Below, piece after piece: positions 13,148 to 26,485 of a DNA stretch of 64,000 bases; the first letter of the stretch is position 1, and each line of letters opens with the position of its first letter. The stretch is taken from assembly GCA_043228905.1 (NCBI GenBank), contig JBHGNT010000005.1, positions 21,142,001 to 21,206,000 of the forward strand. Direction: 5' to 3'. The position numbers and the translations under genes are program-made. The notes beneath the pieces are model-generated. The model saw only the letters and a program-made list of their open reading frames with translations, did not search any database and had not been told where the DNA came from. The stretch comes from Azolla caroliniana (Eukaryota > Plantae > Polypodiophyta).

Positions 13148-13764
13148 TGTCATGAAGAAAACTGGCCATAGGCGGAATCGGAGAGAAAGCGCATGAACCA
13201 GCCCTTACACAGATGGGCGCGTGACTTGGTATTTTGTACACAAATCGGTGGAGAAAAATACTAAGCCGCACGCATTTATTAGGGGGGGGATTGTGCGTAT
13301 CCCGGCCAGAGGGACAGGGAATAAAGTGAAGAGGACGAGAGAAAAGGGATATCGCGCGCGAAGAGGAAGAGAGCGTTGCTGCAGAACGGAGAGCCGAGCT
13401 CTCTCTCTTCGACTGGAATCATCGCTCTCTACGGGTGTCGGGAGGTCGCTGCCTCTGCTTCGTGGACAGCCCGTGTACTTCCAGCGGAGTCGCTCCCTTT
13501 CCCCTTTTTGTTTCTTTGAGTTGTGTGACGGTCGTTGGTGTGCGTGAGTAGGGTCCCCGTGTTGGGTCCGTCGCCGCCTTGTTGGTTGTACCCATCGGAG
13601 TTCGTAATCTCTTGTCATTATAATTAAGTGTTATGTGCTATATCTCTCTTTCTCGCTTCTACGTGTCTGTGAATCTCTTTCTCTGTCTCTCTCTCGCTCG
13701 CTCCTCGGTCCAAGACCCCCGTGGTCCAACCCATTCCTACACGTATGCGTGTAACAACGTGACA
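13148..13764 (+). repeat. 5' LTR of gypsy D
   Basis: TG...CA; direct repeat of 19352-19968. Confidence 0.95.
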
Positions 13765-13768
13765 TATT

Positions 13769-13785
13769 TGGTGAACCCGACGTGA
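13769..13785 (+). promoter_or_regulatory. Primer binding site, tRNA-Trp
   Basis: TGGTGAACCCGACGTGA, complementary to the 3' end of eukaryotic tRNA-Trp. Confidence 0.8.
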
Positions 13786-13809
13786 AAGGGCGGCAAAGGA
13801 GTCGAAAGA

Positions 13810-16800
13810 TGAGGGGATCGGAGCTAGCAGAGGCAATGGCGGTGGCCGTCAATCGGCTGGTGAGTGCTCGTGAGGGAACGGGTACCCTCGACAAAGCCAT
13901 TGAACCAATCGTCGGCTCTTTAGGCCGTTTCGGAGGGAAAGATGCCACAAGTTATTTGGAGGCTTACCGGGCCGAAATGATCATGAGGGATATCCCGGTG
14001 GACAGGCGGCTGTTCGGATTCCCTAGGGTGGTGACGCCGGGCATCCATGCAGAGGTGGTCGAGGTGCTGGCCGGATGCTAGACTTGGGAGGAGTTCGAGC
14101 TGCAACTCCTCGAGAAGTACGGGTTTGACAACTCGCTCCGGCTGTCGAGGCAGGACTTCATGGCGTGGGTGGAAAGCCCCGGAAAAGGGAGGAACACGTC
14201 GGTGATCCTCTAGGAGTTCGAAAAACGGTTCGCGCGGCTGTCGACGCTGGACTGGACGGTGCTTGAAACAAGTCGAGTACTGCTGTTTGTCAAGTCGATG
14301 GATGCGCTCGACAGGGAAAAGGTGGGTCTCCTATTGGAAATGGACAAAGGGCTCATGACGGACTAGGCCATGGTAAAACGGGTCTACAGCCGTTTTGACA
14401 AAGGGCGCGATTGGAGCAACGGAAGCACGTCGGGGCCGGGGCCGGTACCAGGGAGGAGGCTCGAGGAGCCGGTTTCGGTGCCGGCTGGGAGGAAGAAAGA
14501 GACCCAAATCTGGCCGGAGTCGAGGTCAGCATTGAACGACGTGGTCAGAGGCCCATCCGGAGGAGCGGCTTTGGAGGAGCTAACACAGATGGTGCGCGAC
14601 CTGCAGATCGCATAGGCCCGGAGAGATAGCGGTGAACAACCTCGCGACCGGAGGCCGCCGGCTGGGCAGCGGTGCATGTGGTGTGACGCGGTCACATTCG
14701 GAAAGATTGCACGGATTTCGCCGACGCACTTAGGACCAACGTGGTGTACCTCTGGAAAGAGCGGGTGCACGCGAGCGAGACCCGGAGAGCCCTGGAACTG
14801 AATACAGGGCGCGACGGAATGAAGAGGTTGATGGAAGAGGCCACGGCACGGCACGTCGAAGCCGTTAACTACTCAGTGTCGGGGGGAATTCGGGTCGGGG
14901 GTGATGAGACACGGAAGGCGAAGGACTCCGGATTCTGGCCGCTAGTGCTAGAAGGCCTCTCTGGAGTTCAAATGAGGAAGGAAGAGGCAGACCGCGCGGA
15001 ACAGCGGGTCCAGGAGGTCACCGGTTGGGACGATCCGGTGGAAGAGAAAACGGGCTTCGTGGAAGCCACTTGCCGGAACTACGAGGTTCTGGTGGAGGAC
15101 AAACATGCAGGAAAGGCCGGAGGGGTCGGCCCCCCGAGGTATGAGACCCGGTTCGGACCAAAACCGACCAGTGCCGGCAACCCGGGCGCACCGGACAGAA
15201 AGAAGTAGGTGGGGTTTCGGTTGAGCATCGAGATCGAAAGGAACACAGACCTGCGAAAGGTCCTGGAGGAATGTATCCTCGACAACAAAGTGGAGCTGTG
15301 ATTGCGGGAGGTGCTGGGAATCGCCAAGAGGGAGTTCCACAACTCTATCGTAGATTTGGTGAAGCGTAAGAGGCTCTCGACAGAGCTGGAACCGGAGAAG
15401 CCTGTGGAGGTGCGGACCACGCACCTGGAAGACGAAGCCCTGGAAGACGAGCTGGCGGGAAGCCACTACACGAAGCCGCATTGGGCCAGGGCGACTACGG
15501 AAACCCCTGTATGGATTGGCAACGTTCTGGAACCAGTGGTGGCGTTGGTAGACCATGGATCCGAAATCAACCTGATGTCCATGGATTTCTACAAGAAGGG
15601 TAAATGGCCGATCAACACCAAGCATGGCTGGAAGATACGAGCAACGACGCGCGCCACAGAAGAACTACATGGGGCCTGTTCGAACGTACGGGTGAAAATC
15701 GGCGATGTCGAGATCGACCAGCACTTCTTCATGTAGGAGACGTCCTCGCATCCGGTTATACTAGGAGAGCCATATATCACGGCGGCACGGATGGAGACCA
15801 AGGTGTTGGACAATGGTTCAGCCTATGCAAGAGTCAAGAACTAGGACGGGCGTCACTCGGTCCAGTTCCTAACGGTGCGACCAAACCACGAGCGTAACCG
15901 CGAGGCCCTCGGCGGCGAAACCCGAGGGGATTTTTAGAGAGGGCTATCAAGGCGTGGGGCCGCGATAGTCCGGACACCCGGGAAGAACCCCACAAATGTA
16001 CAGTACGGAAGAAGACCTGTACCATAGGTAGGAAATTTTGGTTCTCTGACAGCGGAGGTTGTACTATAACCAGCGTCAGCGGCAGGGAGAGGAAGCGAGC
16101 GGAGGAGCGGCTCAGGGGATGCGGAGTCCTCTTCACCGATGAGGACATCAACGGTGCCGTGGAGGCGGTCTCTTTTGACGACACCTTGGGCGAACTGCGA
16201 AAGGTGATCGGTGAAGACCTTAGGGAAGACCGGACCGTTCCGGTAGGGTCAATGGGAATGTACGAAGTCATTGCGGACTTCAGGGAAAGGATCAGGTCGG
16301 ATCGGATGGCCCGCGTGGATACAAAATACAAGACTGTGAACCGGAAGGTGAGGCCAGTCGCGGCACCCTTGCCGGAGGGCAGCGAGGAGAGGATAAAAGG
16401 GGTCGCGTCGGACCCAAGTTTACGAAATCCGACTGGCATAGGGCACCGGTTCACCGACATAACGCTACGGGTGCTCAAGCTCGGTGGGGGCGGCTTTCTA
16501 CTGCCGGCAGAGGAGGACCGGTTCCGGAGAATGCTCGGGAGGCACGAGAAGTCTTTCGCATTCTCACCGGAGGAGATCGGGTGCGTAGACCCGACAGTTG
16601 TCGAGCCGATGGTGATCTTCACGGTACCGCATGTATTGTGGAATCTCAAGCCGATTCCGGTGCCGAGAGCTCACATCCCGAAGTTGATGGAGCTCTTGAA
16701 GCAAAAGGTGGAGATGGGCATCCTCGAACCGTCGAGTGCCCCGTATTCGAATCGGTGGTTTACGGTGCCGAAGAAGAATGGCACGCTGCGCTTCATTCAG

Positions 16801-19246
16801 GACCTGCAACCGGTCAACAAGGTGACCATCCGTAACGAGGGAATGGGACCGACCATAGACGAGTTCGCGGAGGCCTTCGCCGGAAGGTCGATTTACTCTG
16901 TCAGTGATCTGTACTCGGGGTATGATCAGTTCCAACTAGCCGTGGAGAGCAGAGACATTACGACGATGCGGACTCCTCTCGGCCTAGTGGGTATGTGTAC
17001 CCTACCACAAGGAGGGACGAACTCAGTGGCTGACATGGTGAACGTGATGAACATGGTGCTCAGGGACTGTATCCCGGACATCACCATGCCATTCTTAGAC
17101 GACATCCCGATAAGGGGATGCCTAGTGGAGGAAAAGGATGAGGCAGTCGGGCCGGACGGATGTCCCACATCGATGACTGCGAGAAGGTGCTGCAGAGACT
17201 AGAACGCGCGAGGCTCACGTTCTCCGGGGAAAAGTCGGCCTTCGGACAGTCGGAGAACTTGGTGGTCAGACACCTGTGTGGGCCTTACGGTAGGAAACTG
17301 TCTCCGGCAAAGGTAGAGGCCATCTCCACGATGAGGAACGATTGCAGGTCGGTCACGGAGGTCCGCAGATTCTTGGGGGCATGCGCGTTCTACCACATCT
17401 GGATCCCGCACTACGCACATGTCGCGGAACCCCTCTACGGACTATTGAAAAAGGGGCATAGCTTTGAGTGGAGGACGGAGCACACGGAGTCGGTTCGGAG
17501 ACTAAAGAAGGCACTTACGGCAGCGCCGGCTCTCCGTAAAGCGGTTTACGGCAAGGATGTTCCCATCTGCATAACGGTGGACACCAGCCCGACCGGGATC
17601 GGGTGGGTAATCAATCAGGAGGACAAGGTCGGCGAATGATTCCCGATCCGGTTCGGGGTGAAGGTATTGAGCGAGCGACAGCGAGGGTACGCCCAGGTAA
17701 AGCGTGAACTTTGGGGTGTCGTTTCGGCAGTCAAGGCCGACAAGGATTATCTGATCGGGACGGAGGTGATCATCGAGACGGATTGCCTGCCGATACTCGG
17801 CATGGTTTCCGGATGCGCGACGCCGGACCTAGCAATGCTCCGGTGGATAGCGTACATTAAGTCCCTGAACCCGGAGATATGGTACATCTCCGATAAGGAC
17901 AACACCATGGCCGACATGCTTTCGAGGGCAAGGTTCAACGACGAAGACGACATGGTTTCGGATGACGAAGAAGTCGGCGAGGACTTCTTTGGGTCGGCTA
18001 ACGTAACGACGAGGAAAGGGAACACTCCAGCGCTTAACGAATTTGACGAAAGCAGGTACGACGGGGAGTGGCTCCAAATTGGGAGGTTCCTACGGATGAT
18101 GACACCGGATGCAGCATGGGCGAGAGAGGAGGCGAGCCAGATACGGAGGAAGGCGTACCGATTCTTCTTGCGGGACGGGTGCATATGGAGGCACCCAAAG
18201 AAGAGAAGTGGCATTCCACTCTGAGTAGTGGCAAAGAAAGAAGAGCAGGGGAAACTACTGGCGGCATTTCACGAGAGCCCCTGGGCCGGACACCGCGGAA
18301 CGTGGGCCACTTTCGAGAAGCTGAAGGAGAAGTACTAGTGGATGGTGGACTTGGTGACGATGCCAATGGGGGTAGGACAGATGCGATACCTGGTGCTTGC
18401 ACGGGAAGACTTAACGAACCAGGTGGAAGGCCGTGCACTGCAAAGCAAGACAACCGTGGCGGTATGCCGGTTCCTAATCAAAGAAGTAGTGTGTTGGTAC
18501 GGGTGCGTCAGGAGGATCATGGCGGACCGGGGAGAGCTGGATGCGCGGGAAGTTGAGGAGTTGTTTGACCGGCTAGGCGTCAAACTCTCCCTCACTATGG
18601 TGTACAATCCGGAGGCGAACGGAAAGGTAGAACGTGGGCACGGGCCTATCGTAAAGGCGTTGGTGCATGCATGCGGAGGGCAGGTCGGGAATTGGCCGCG
18701 ACTCCTTCCTTACGCACTATGGGCAGACCGAACTACACACAGTTCGGTAACAGGGTTTATGCCGACAGCGCTGATGTATGGATAGAAGCCGATCATGCCA
18801 GTGGAACGGACGGTTTCTTCATGGGCGACAGTAGATTGGAAAGACGAAATGAGCCGAGAGGAGTTGCTGGCGGCGCGGATCCGACAACTCGAGCGGAGGC
18901 CGGAAGACGTGATACAGGCGAAGGAAAAGCTGCGAGCGGAAAGGGAGCGGAACAAGACCCGGTTCAACCGGACGCACCGTTATGACCAAAGAAGATCGAG
19001 GAAGGCGACTGGGTCTTGGTATACGACAACAGCCTTGACAATCAGCACAAGGCGGTGCGAAAGTTTGCCAGGAGCTGGTTCGGGCCCTACATAGTGACGA
19101 GCGCGAACGACAACGGCATGTACCACCTCGCGAAACTCGACGGGACACGGTTAGCGGTGCTGGTTGCCGGGAAGCGGATCAAAGCACTCAAAAAGCAGTT
19201 CGAAGACGAGCCGGAGCCTGCGAGCGAGAGCGACGACGACGACTAG
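13810..19246 (+). pseudogene. gag-pol: gypsy D gag/protease and pol (RT, RNase H, integrase), disrupted
   Basis: VPKKNGTLRFIQDLQPVN, PFLDDIP, VDTSPTGIGW, YNPEANGKVERG, WFGPY; many stops and frameshifts; part of the integrase zinc finger deleted near 18340. Confidence 0.9.
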
Positions 19247-19351
19247 TTCAGGCCCGGCGGAGAATCGGAGAGCAACGAGTGAGGCTGGGTTTCTTCCATA
19301 TCTACCCGTCTCTAGCGCATACCGGTGGATGCGCGGTTTTGTGGGGGTGGA

Positions 19352-19968
19352 TGTCGTGAAGAAAACCGGCCATAGGCGGAATCGGAGAGAAAGCGCATGA
19401 ACCAGCTCTTACACGGATGGGCGCGTGACTTGGTATTTTGTACATGAATTGGTGGAGAAAAATACTAAGCCGCACGCATTTATTAGGGGGGGGATTATGC
19501 GTATCCCGGCCAGAGGGACAAGGAATAAAGTGAAGAGGACGAGAGAAAAGGGATATCGCACGCGAGGAGGAAGGGAGCACTACTGTAGAACGGAGGGCCG
19601 AGCTCTCTCTATTTGACTGGAATCGTCGCTCTCTACGGGTGTGGGGAGGTCGCTGCCTCTGCTTCGTGGACAGCCCGTGTGCTTCCAACGGAGTCGCTCC
19701 CTTTCCACTTTTTGTTTCTTCGAGTCGTGTGACGGTCGTCGGTGTGCGTGAGTAGGGTCCCCGTGTCGGGTCCGTCGCCGCCTTGTCGGTTGTAACCGTC
19801 GGAGTTCGTAATCTCTTGTCATTATAATTAAGTGTTACATTCTATATCTCTCTTTCTCACTTCTACGTGTCTGTGAATCTCTCTCTTTGTCTCTCTCTCT
19901 CTCGCTCCTCGGTCCAAGACCCCCGTGGTCCCGCCCCTTCCTACACGTACGCGCGTAACAACGCGACA
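19352..19968 (+). repeat. 3' LTR of gypsy D
   Basis: Preceded by purine-rich GGGGGTGGA; direct repeat of the 5' LTR. Confidence 0.95.
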
Positions 19969-21768
19969 ACGTCGTTCCACCTGACCCTGGACCGGAAATG
20001 TTTCCCATCCTACACAACCGGTTTGTCGGCATAGGAGACGTGTGGTTGACAACACTAACTGGATGCAAGTTGCTGTTGAAGGATGTCTGACACGTTCCGG
20101 ATGTTCGACTGAACTTGATATCATCCGGTCAGCTAGATGATGAAGGTTACACGGGTAGCATCCGGAACGATGTCATGAAGTTCAGCAAGGGGAGCTTGAT
20201 AGTGGCTCGGGCCCAGAAGGTCAACACACTATACCTGATGAATGCCCGGTTATGCCTGAAAGAAGTGAACGTTGCTTTCGGCACTGCTAGTGAGTTGTGA
20301 CACAAGAGATTGTGTCACATGAGCGAGAAGGGGGTGAAGAGACTTGCCAATGACAACCTCATTCCGGTGAAGAATGTGCATCTTGAGAGGTGCACCGACT
20401 GCCTGGCCGGTAAGCAAAACCGGACCTCCTTCCGATCAAGGCCACCGATGAGACGTAATGCATCACTGGAGTTGGTGCATACCAATGTATGTCAAGTGGA
20501 CATGAAGTCACATGCTAGATCGCAGTACTTTGTGACGTTCATAGAAGACCACAGTCGTAAGCTGTGGACCATAGTTGAAGATGAAGGATCAAGTGTTATT
20601 CGTCTTCAAGGAGTTCCACACGAGAGTGGAAAGAGAAACCGTCCGAAAGCTGAAGGTGGTTCGAGCAGATAACGGAGGAGAATACTAGGGGCAATTGGAG
20701 GAGTACTGCCACTCGAAGGGAATCTGGCTCGAATTTACCGTGCCGAAGACACCAGAACTAAACAGGCTGGCCGAGAGGATGAACCAGACCATAATGGAGA
20801 GGGTCCAGAGTATGCTAGCACATGCAAAGTTACCCAAGACGTTTTGGGTTGAGGAGCTGTCGATAGCGACGTATGTGATAAACAGATCACCCTCAGTACC
20901 CTTGGATGGAGACACACCACAGAGAGTGTGGACCAGTAAGGAAGTGTCTTACCAGCATCTGAAGGTGTTCGGGTGTCTCGCTTATGTGCATGTTGCAAAC
21001 GACCGGAGAGCAAAGTTGGATCTAAAGTCCCTTGCATATTCCTCGGATACGACGATGATGAGTTCGGCTACCGAGTGTGGGATCCAGTCGACAACAAGGT
21101 TTTCCGGAGTCGAGATATTATCTTCATGGAGGACAAGACCCTTGCCGACTGGGAGTCAGAGAAGAAGATAATGAACTCGGAATCGACCGGTAAGGATCGG
21201 TTCGATGAGATACGGACCTACCCGGCTAAGTGCCGGTTGACACTTGAAGAACCGGCCGGTTACGGAGAGGAAACCGAACTGATCGAAGAAGAAGAAGAAG
21301 CGGAAACCGGAACCGGCCAAGACCCCGAATCGGATTCGGATGAAGAACAAACAGAGGAGTTGGTTGCCGAACGCCAGGGATGCAGATATCCTCTCAGAGA
21401 GAGAAGGCCCCCCCGGAGATTTCCAGATGTAGAGCGCGTGTTGCTAACCGATGAGGGGGACCCGGAAAGCTTCGAAGAAGCAAAGGAGGACACCCACAGT
21501 CGCAAGTGGTTGAGTGCCATGTAGGACAAGATGGATTCCCTCCATGAGAACCACACGTATGAATTGGTGGAGTTGTCGAAAGGAAAGCGGGCACTCCGGA
21601 ATAAGTGAGTATAGCGGTAAGCATGGACCTCGAGGTAGAGCAACTAGACGTGAGGACGGCGTTCCTTCACGGCGACCTCGAAGAAGAGATCTACATGTAG
21701 CAACCAGAAGGATTTGTGAAGAAAGGGAAGGAGCACCTAGTTTGCAGACTGAAGAAGAGCTTATACGG
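19969..21768 (+). pseudogene. pol: copia C integrase and partial RT
   Basis: CTDCLAGKQ, TPELNRLAERMN, FGCLAYVHV, LKKSLYG; internal RT deletion near 21612. Confidence 0.88.
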
Positions 21769-22560
21769 TGTCGCGTTATTATGCCCGTGCGTGTAGAAGG
21801 GTGGGACCACGGGGGTCTTGGACTGAGGAATAGCTGAGAAGGAGGAGAACGGAAAGGCAGCGGACGCACTTGCACACACACAAACACAGGAGCACACAGG
21901 AATCACAGTCCGACAACACAGCAAAACGAGACGACTCAGAGTCTAATATGTCGCTTTATTACGCGCGTGCATGTAGAAGGGTGGGACCACGGGGGTCTTG
22001 GACCGAGGAATAGCTGAGAAGGAGGAGAACAGAAAGGCAACAGACGCACTTGCACATACACAAACACGGGAGCACACAGGAATCACAGTTCGACAACACA
22101 ACAAAACGAGACGACTCGAAGTCCGAGTATATGAACACGTATGTATATAAATATATCAAGATATATCAAGACGGCTACAACTAATAGGCCGGCAAGGTGG
22201 ACACCGACGCCTGTTCGCCCACATACAGAAGAGCGAGATGGAGACTCTGCCGGAAGCACACGAGCGTTCCACGGAGCAGAGTCAGCCTCCCGAAACCCTG
22301 CTGAAAGCAAAATACAAAGAAGGAAGGAGGAGAAGAGCTCAGTACCAGTCCGACAGCGCTTCCTCCTCGACAAAAAGCGATCCCCCTTTTTCATTCCTCT
22401 CCCTCTCTTTTATAGCCCAAGGAGGGAGGCTGTTATCATTCGTTACATCATATTAATTCTTGTCCTTTCGGATAGAGATACACCTCGATTCTCTCCCTAT
22501 TGAATGCGTGCTACCTAGGATTTCACCTCAGCCGACTTGTACCTACCTACTTACTATACA
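21769..22560 (-). repeat. Solo LTR related to the gypsy D LTR (21949-22560) plus an extra 180-bp copy of its terminus (21769-21948)
   Basis: Reverse complement resembles the gypsy D LTR end (CCAAGACCCCCGTGGTCC...CGCGACA); 180-bp direct repeat; no TSD, adjacent copia RT deleted. Confidence 0.75.
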
Positions 22561-22741
22561 ACGAAAAGACTTGGGTCCGGCAAGACAGATATTGGGGATA
22601 CATATCATCCGGAACCCGTCAAAGAAGCAATTGTGGTTGTCAAAGGAGAAGTACGTGACAAAGGTGCTTCTGCGGTTCAACATGTCAGATGCGAAACCGG
22701 TTGGATCGACACTCCCGACAAACTACAGGTTATCCTGTAAG

Positions 22742-23163
22742 TGTCAGGAATAGTACTAAAACAGAGATGGAATTAGTACTAATAAGAGAAGTACTATTAG
22801 TACTAAGAAGACGGGACTGCGTGAGATTCCCGAGAGAGGAAGTGAGAAGAGGAGAGAGAGAGAGAAAGATAATGACAGCAACTAATATATTATGTGAAAA
22901 GATAAGTACAAAGCGGCTAAGAGGCTTAAGACTGGTGTTGAACCAATTTGGTTCAATATAATGTCTAGTGCCTTCTTTTATAGTGTTGTCAGGAGTAATC
23001 CTGAAACTTCTAGAATGTTCCAGAGAAATCTGGAATATACATTACTTTCTTATAATAAAACAAATGAAAATAATATCCTATGAATTACAATAGATGGTGT
23101 GATGGTAAGAGCTCGACCCATATACCATAAGGTAATGGGTTCGAGTCTTGCCATAACATGACA
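22742..23163 (-). repeat. 3' LTR (422 bp), same family as LTRs 50853-51294 and 56107-56548
   Basis: TG...CA; PPT AAGGGGAAGATAG adjacent on the minus strand. Confidence 0.93.
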
Positions 23164-23174
23164 CTATCTTCCCC

Positions 23175-26100
23175 TTAAAGATGACGAGTGGAACGAGTCG
23201 GTGCTGATTGCGAACCGGGTTTGTCCGGATACTTTCGGTGAAAATCAGCAAGTAGATCCTGAGCATTGACAACATGCTCGACGGGTTCCCAAGTGCGTTC
23301 GCTCGGACTATAACCAAGCCAATCGACCAAATAATAAAGTTTGTTGCGAACAAGTTTGGAATCGAGGATGGCAGCAACTTCATACTCCGGGCCGGCGTCC
23401 AACTCGAGCGGGGGCTGCGGTGGTGTAACACGATCGGGAATGGTGTTGGCTTTATAAGGTTCAAGAAGAGAACAATGGAAAACTGGATGTATCTGAAGCT
23501 GCGGAGGGGAGATCAAGGTGGAATGTGACATCATTAACCTTACCCCTAATACGAAAAGGACCGAGTCGTCGATAATCCAACTTGTCGCACGGTCGAGTAG
23601 TCTTGATGTGACGACGTAAGAGCCATACTCGATCTCCGATGGCAAAAGAGGAGGGATGCCGATGACGATCCGCGTAAGTCTTCTGTGTCTGTTGAGCATG
23701 ACAAAGATGAGTCGAGAGATCTGTCTGGATCTTGCGTAGTCTCTCCAAATATGATCCCCGGCACGAGGATTGGTAGGTAGTTCCGGGGTGTCGATCACCG
23801 ACCAACGAGGATGAGAGCCGGTATAAGCGTAGAATGGGGAGACTCGAGTCGAGGAGTGAACAACATTATTATATGCAAAACTCCGCAAAGTGGAGAATCT
23901 CGGCCCAATCGTCCTGCTGATAACTCAGGAAACACTGGAGATATTGCTCCAGCGTTTGGTTTGTTCGTTCCACCTGCCCATCGGTCTGAGGATGGTAGCC
24001 GGAGGTGAGGTTGCAAGAGACCTTGAGCATCTTGAAGAGATGCTGCCAAAATTTGGAGACAAATTGCGGTCCTCGGTCACTGATGATACTGTTTGGGAGG
24101 CCATGATGCCGAAATACCTCACGCATGACTAGGGCGGCGGTTTCCTCGCTAGTGATGGCCTTAGTACACAGAACGAAATGTGCCATCTTCGTATATCGAT
24201 CGACAACGGTTAAGATAGCATCGAACCCCTGCGAGACCGGCAGATCTGTGATAAAATCAAGACAAATAGACTGCCATGGCTTACTTGGAATCGGTAAGGG
24301 TTCCAACAAGCCATATGGATGGTGTCGTGGCATCTTTGCTCGGCAGCAAGCATCACAGGTCCGAACGTAGTCGTCAACAAAACGGCGCATGTGGGGCCAC
24401 CAAAAAGATCGTTGTACTAGCTCCAACGTCTTAGTACTACCAAAATGTCCCGCTGTATGGGTGTTGCGACAATGCTGGACGATTTGAAGGCGACAGGAGC
24501 AATCGGGGACATATATGCGCTTTTTAAAGAATAACAAACCATTATGATATTTGAATTGTCGGTAGTGAATACCTGGTTGTTGAGACTGAGAATAGGATGC
24601 CCGAGAAGTATCAATGTGCACCAGGATGTCTTGAGCAAAGCTATCTGTCTTCAAGTTTGCACGTATGTCATCGGTAATCCGTGAATCCATCGGGGTGTGA
24701 AAAATCCGTGTCGTGTGCAATCGTGTTGGTCCCAAGATTACTTGCTTTTGATTATCAAATGTTGGATCACCAGGACGAGGTGCAAGATACGAACGCCGTG
24801 ATAGTGCATCTGCTTTTCCTTGCTGCTTCCCCGGTCGATATGTGATTTTGAAGTCGAAATGCGTGAGGAATTGCGCCCACCGAGCTTGCCGTCGATTTAG
24901 TACGCGAGCGTTCTGGAAATAAGCAAGATTTTTATGATCACTAAAGACAATGACCTGATGTGGAGAGCCCTCTAAGAAATGCCGCCATTGCACAAATGAA
25001 TCCACGATGGCTAATAACTCCTTGTCATGTATTTCATAGTTGATTTTCGCGACATCGAATTTGCGCGAATGGAAAGCCACCGGATGCAACTCTTCTTTAT
25101 CTCCTTGTTGAGAAAGGATGCTACCGAGAGTGAAATCTGAAGCGTCGGCCTCCATGAAGAATGGTTTGCTGGTATCCACATGAGCTAGAATCGGTGCTGA
25201 TATAAAGGCTTTCTTAAGATGCCGAAAAGCCATCTCTGCTTCAATGGACCAAAGAAATGCTTGGCCCTTCTTCGTAAGTTGTGTGAGGGGTAAAATAATC
25301 TTCGAGTAATACTGTATAAACTTACGGTAGAAGTTAGCAAAACCTAGAAAACATTGTACATCTCGTACCGACTGTGGAATTTGCCACTCTAGTATAGTTT
25401 GGACTTTAGCTGGATCCATGGCGATGCCCTTTGAAGAGATGACGTAGCCTAGAAATTCCACTTGCTTGCAGTCAAAGCTACATTTTTCTAGCTTGGCATA
25501 AAGACCATTCTCGCGGAGTCGTTGTAGTACTAATAGTACATGAGAATCGTGCTCTTGCTGGGTCTTCGAATAAATCAATAGATCATCCAGATAGATGATC
25601 AAACAAATATCCAAGAGGTCTCTGAATATATCATTTGCCATGTGTTGGAAGACTGCGGGTGCATTGGTTAAGCCGAACGGCATAACAGTATACTCGAAAT
25701 GCCCATATCGCGTGCGAAAGGCGGTCTTCCATTCATCTCCCGGTCGGATCCGCACAAGGTTATACGCTCCTCGTAGATCGATTTTGGTAAAAAACTTGGC
25801 ACCATTAACTCGCTCCAAAAGACTTGATATAAGAGGAAGTGCATACCTATTCCGGATGGTGACCTTATTCAATCCGCGGTAATCAACGACGAGACGATGT
25901 GAGCCATCTTTCTTCTTGACAAAGAAGATGGGTGCACCGGCCGGAGATTTCGAATGACGAATGAACCCGCTTGCCAAGTTCTCCTCTATGTAGGCTCGAA
26001 AGACTTCTAACTCGGTGGGTGACAAGTTGTAAATTGGTTCCCATGGTGGCTCGGTTCCTGGTTGTAAATTGATGGGACAGTCATAGGGACGGTGATGAGG

Positions 26101-26412
26101 AAGGGTACCGGCTTTTACCTTGTCAAATACATCGGCATAAGGATGATATTTTGCCAGAAGTTGTACTGAGGAGTCCTTCTTAATAGTGCTGGAAGGATGT
26201 ACTGATATTGCAAATAGGAACATTGCCTCCTTGTGTCCTTCTTCGCGTAATTGATGGAGTGAAATGGTCGAAACTCGGTGAGTAGATTCTTGGGGTGGTC
26301 GATATCGGACTTCTCTTGTTCTCCAATCTATGGCTGGATTATGTAGTTCAAACCAAGGTAATCCTAGGACAATGGGATGCTCTGGATTATGTAGTTCAAA
26401 CCAAGGTAATCT
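23175..26412 (-). pseudogene. pol: pol (RT-RNase H-integrase-chromodomain) of the deleted chromovirus
   Basis: 874-aa ORF 26493-23869, then frameshifted C-terminus with GPF motif and chromodomain. Confidence 0.92.
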
Positions 26413-26485
26413 TAGATGGTGTGATGGTAAGAGCTCGACCCATATACCATAAGGTAATGGGTTCGAGTCTTGCCATAACATGACA

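Larger units (their letters stand above)
13148..19968 (+). mobile_element. Full-length non-chromoviral Ty3/gypsy element 'D' (possibly Phygy-like), tRNA-Trp primed
   Basis: 617-bp LTRs 13148-13764 and 19352-19968; PBS TGGTGAACCCGACGTGA 13769-13785; order gag-PR(ALVDHGSE)-RT(PFLDD)-RH-INT; degenerate 4-bp TSD GCAT/ACGT whose removal restores copia C DSRASFH. Confidence 0.93.
22742..26485 (-). mobile_element. Chromovirus (Tcn1-like Ty3/gypsy), internally deleted: gag, PR and most of the 5' LTR missing
   Basis: TSD GTAAG at 22737-22741 and 26486-26490; 3' LTR 22742-23163; 5' LTR remnant 26413-26485; RT YLDD, RH, INT, chromodomain EYEVAAILDS...YLVDWLGY...TWEP. Confidence 0.94.

Noticed and set aside
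23093-23163. Genuine tRNA gene
   Set aside because: A/B boxes are present but there is no convincing acceptor or anticodon stem, and it lies within an LTR
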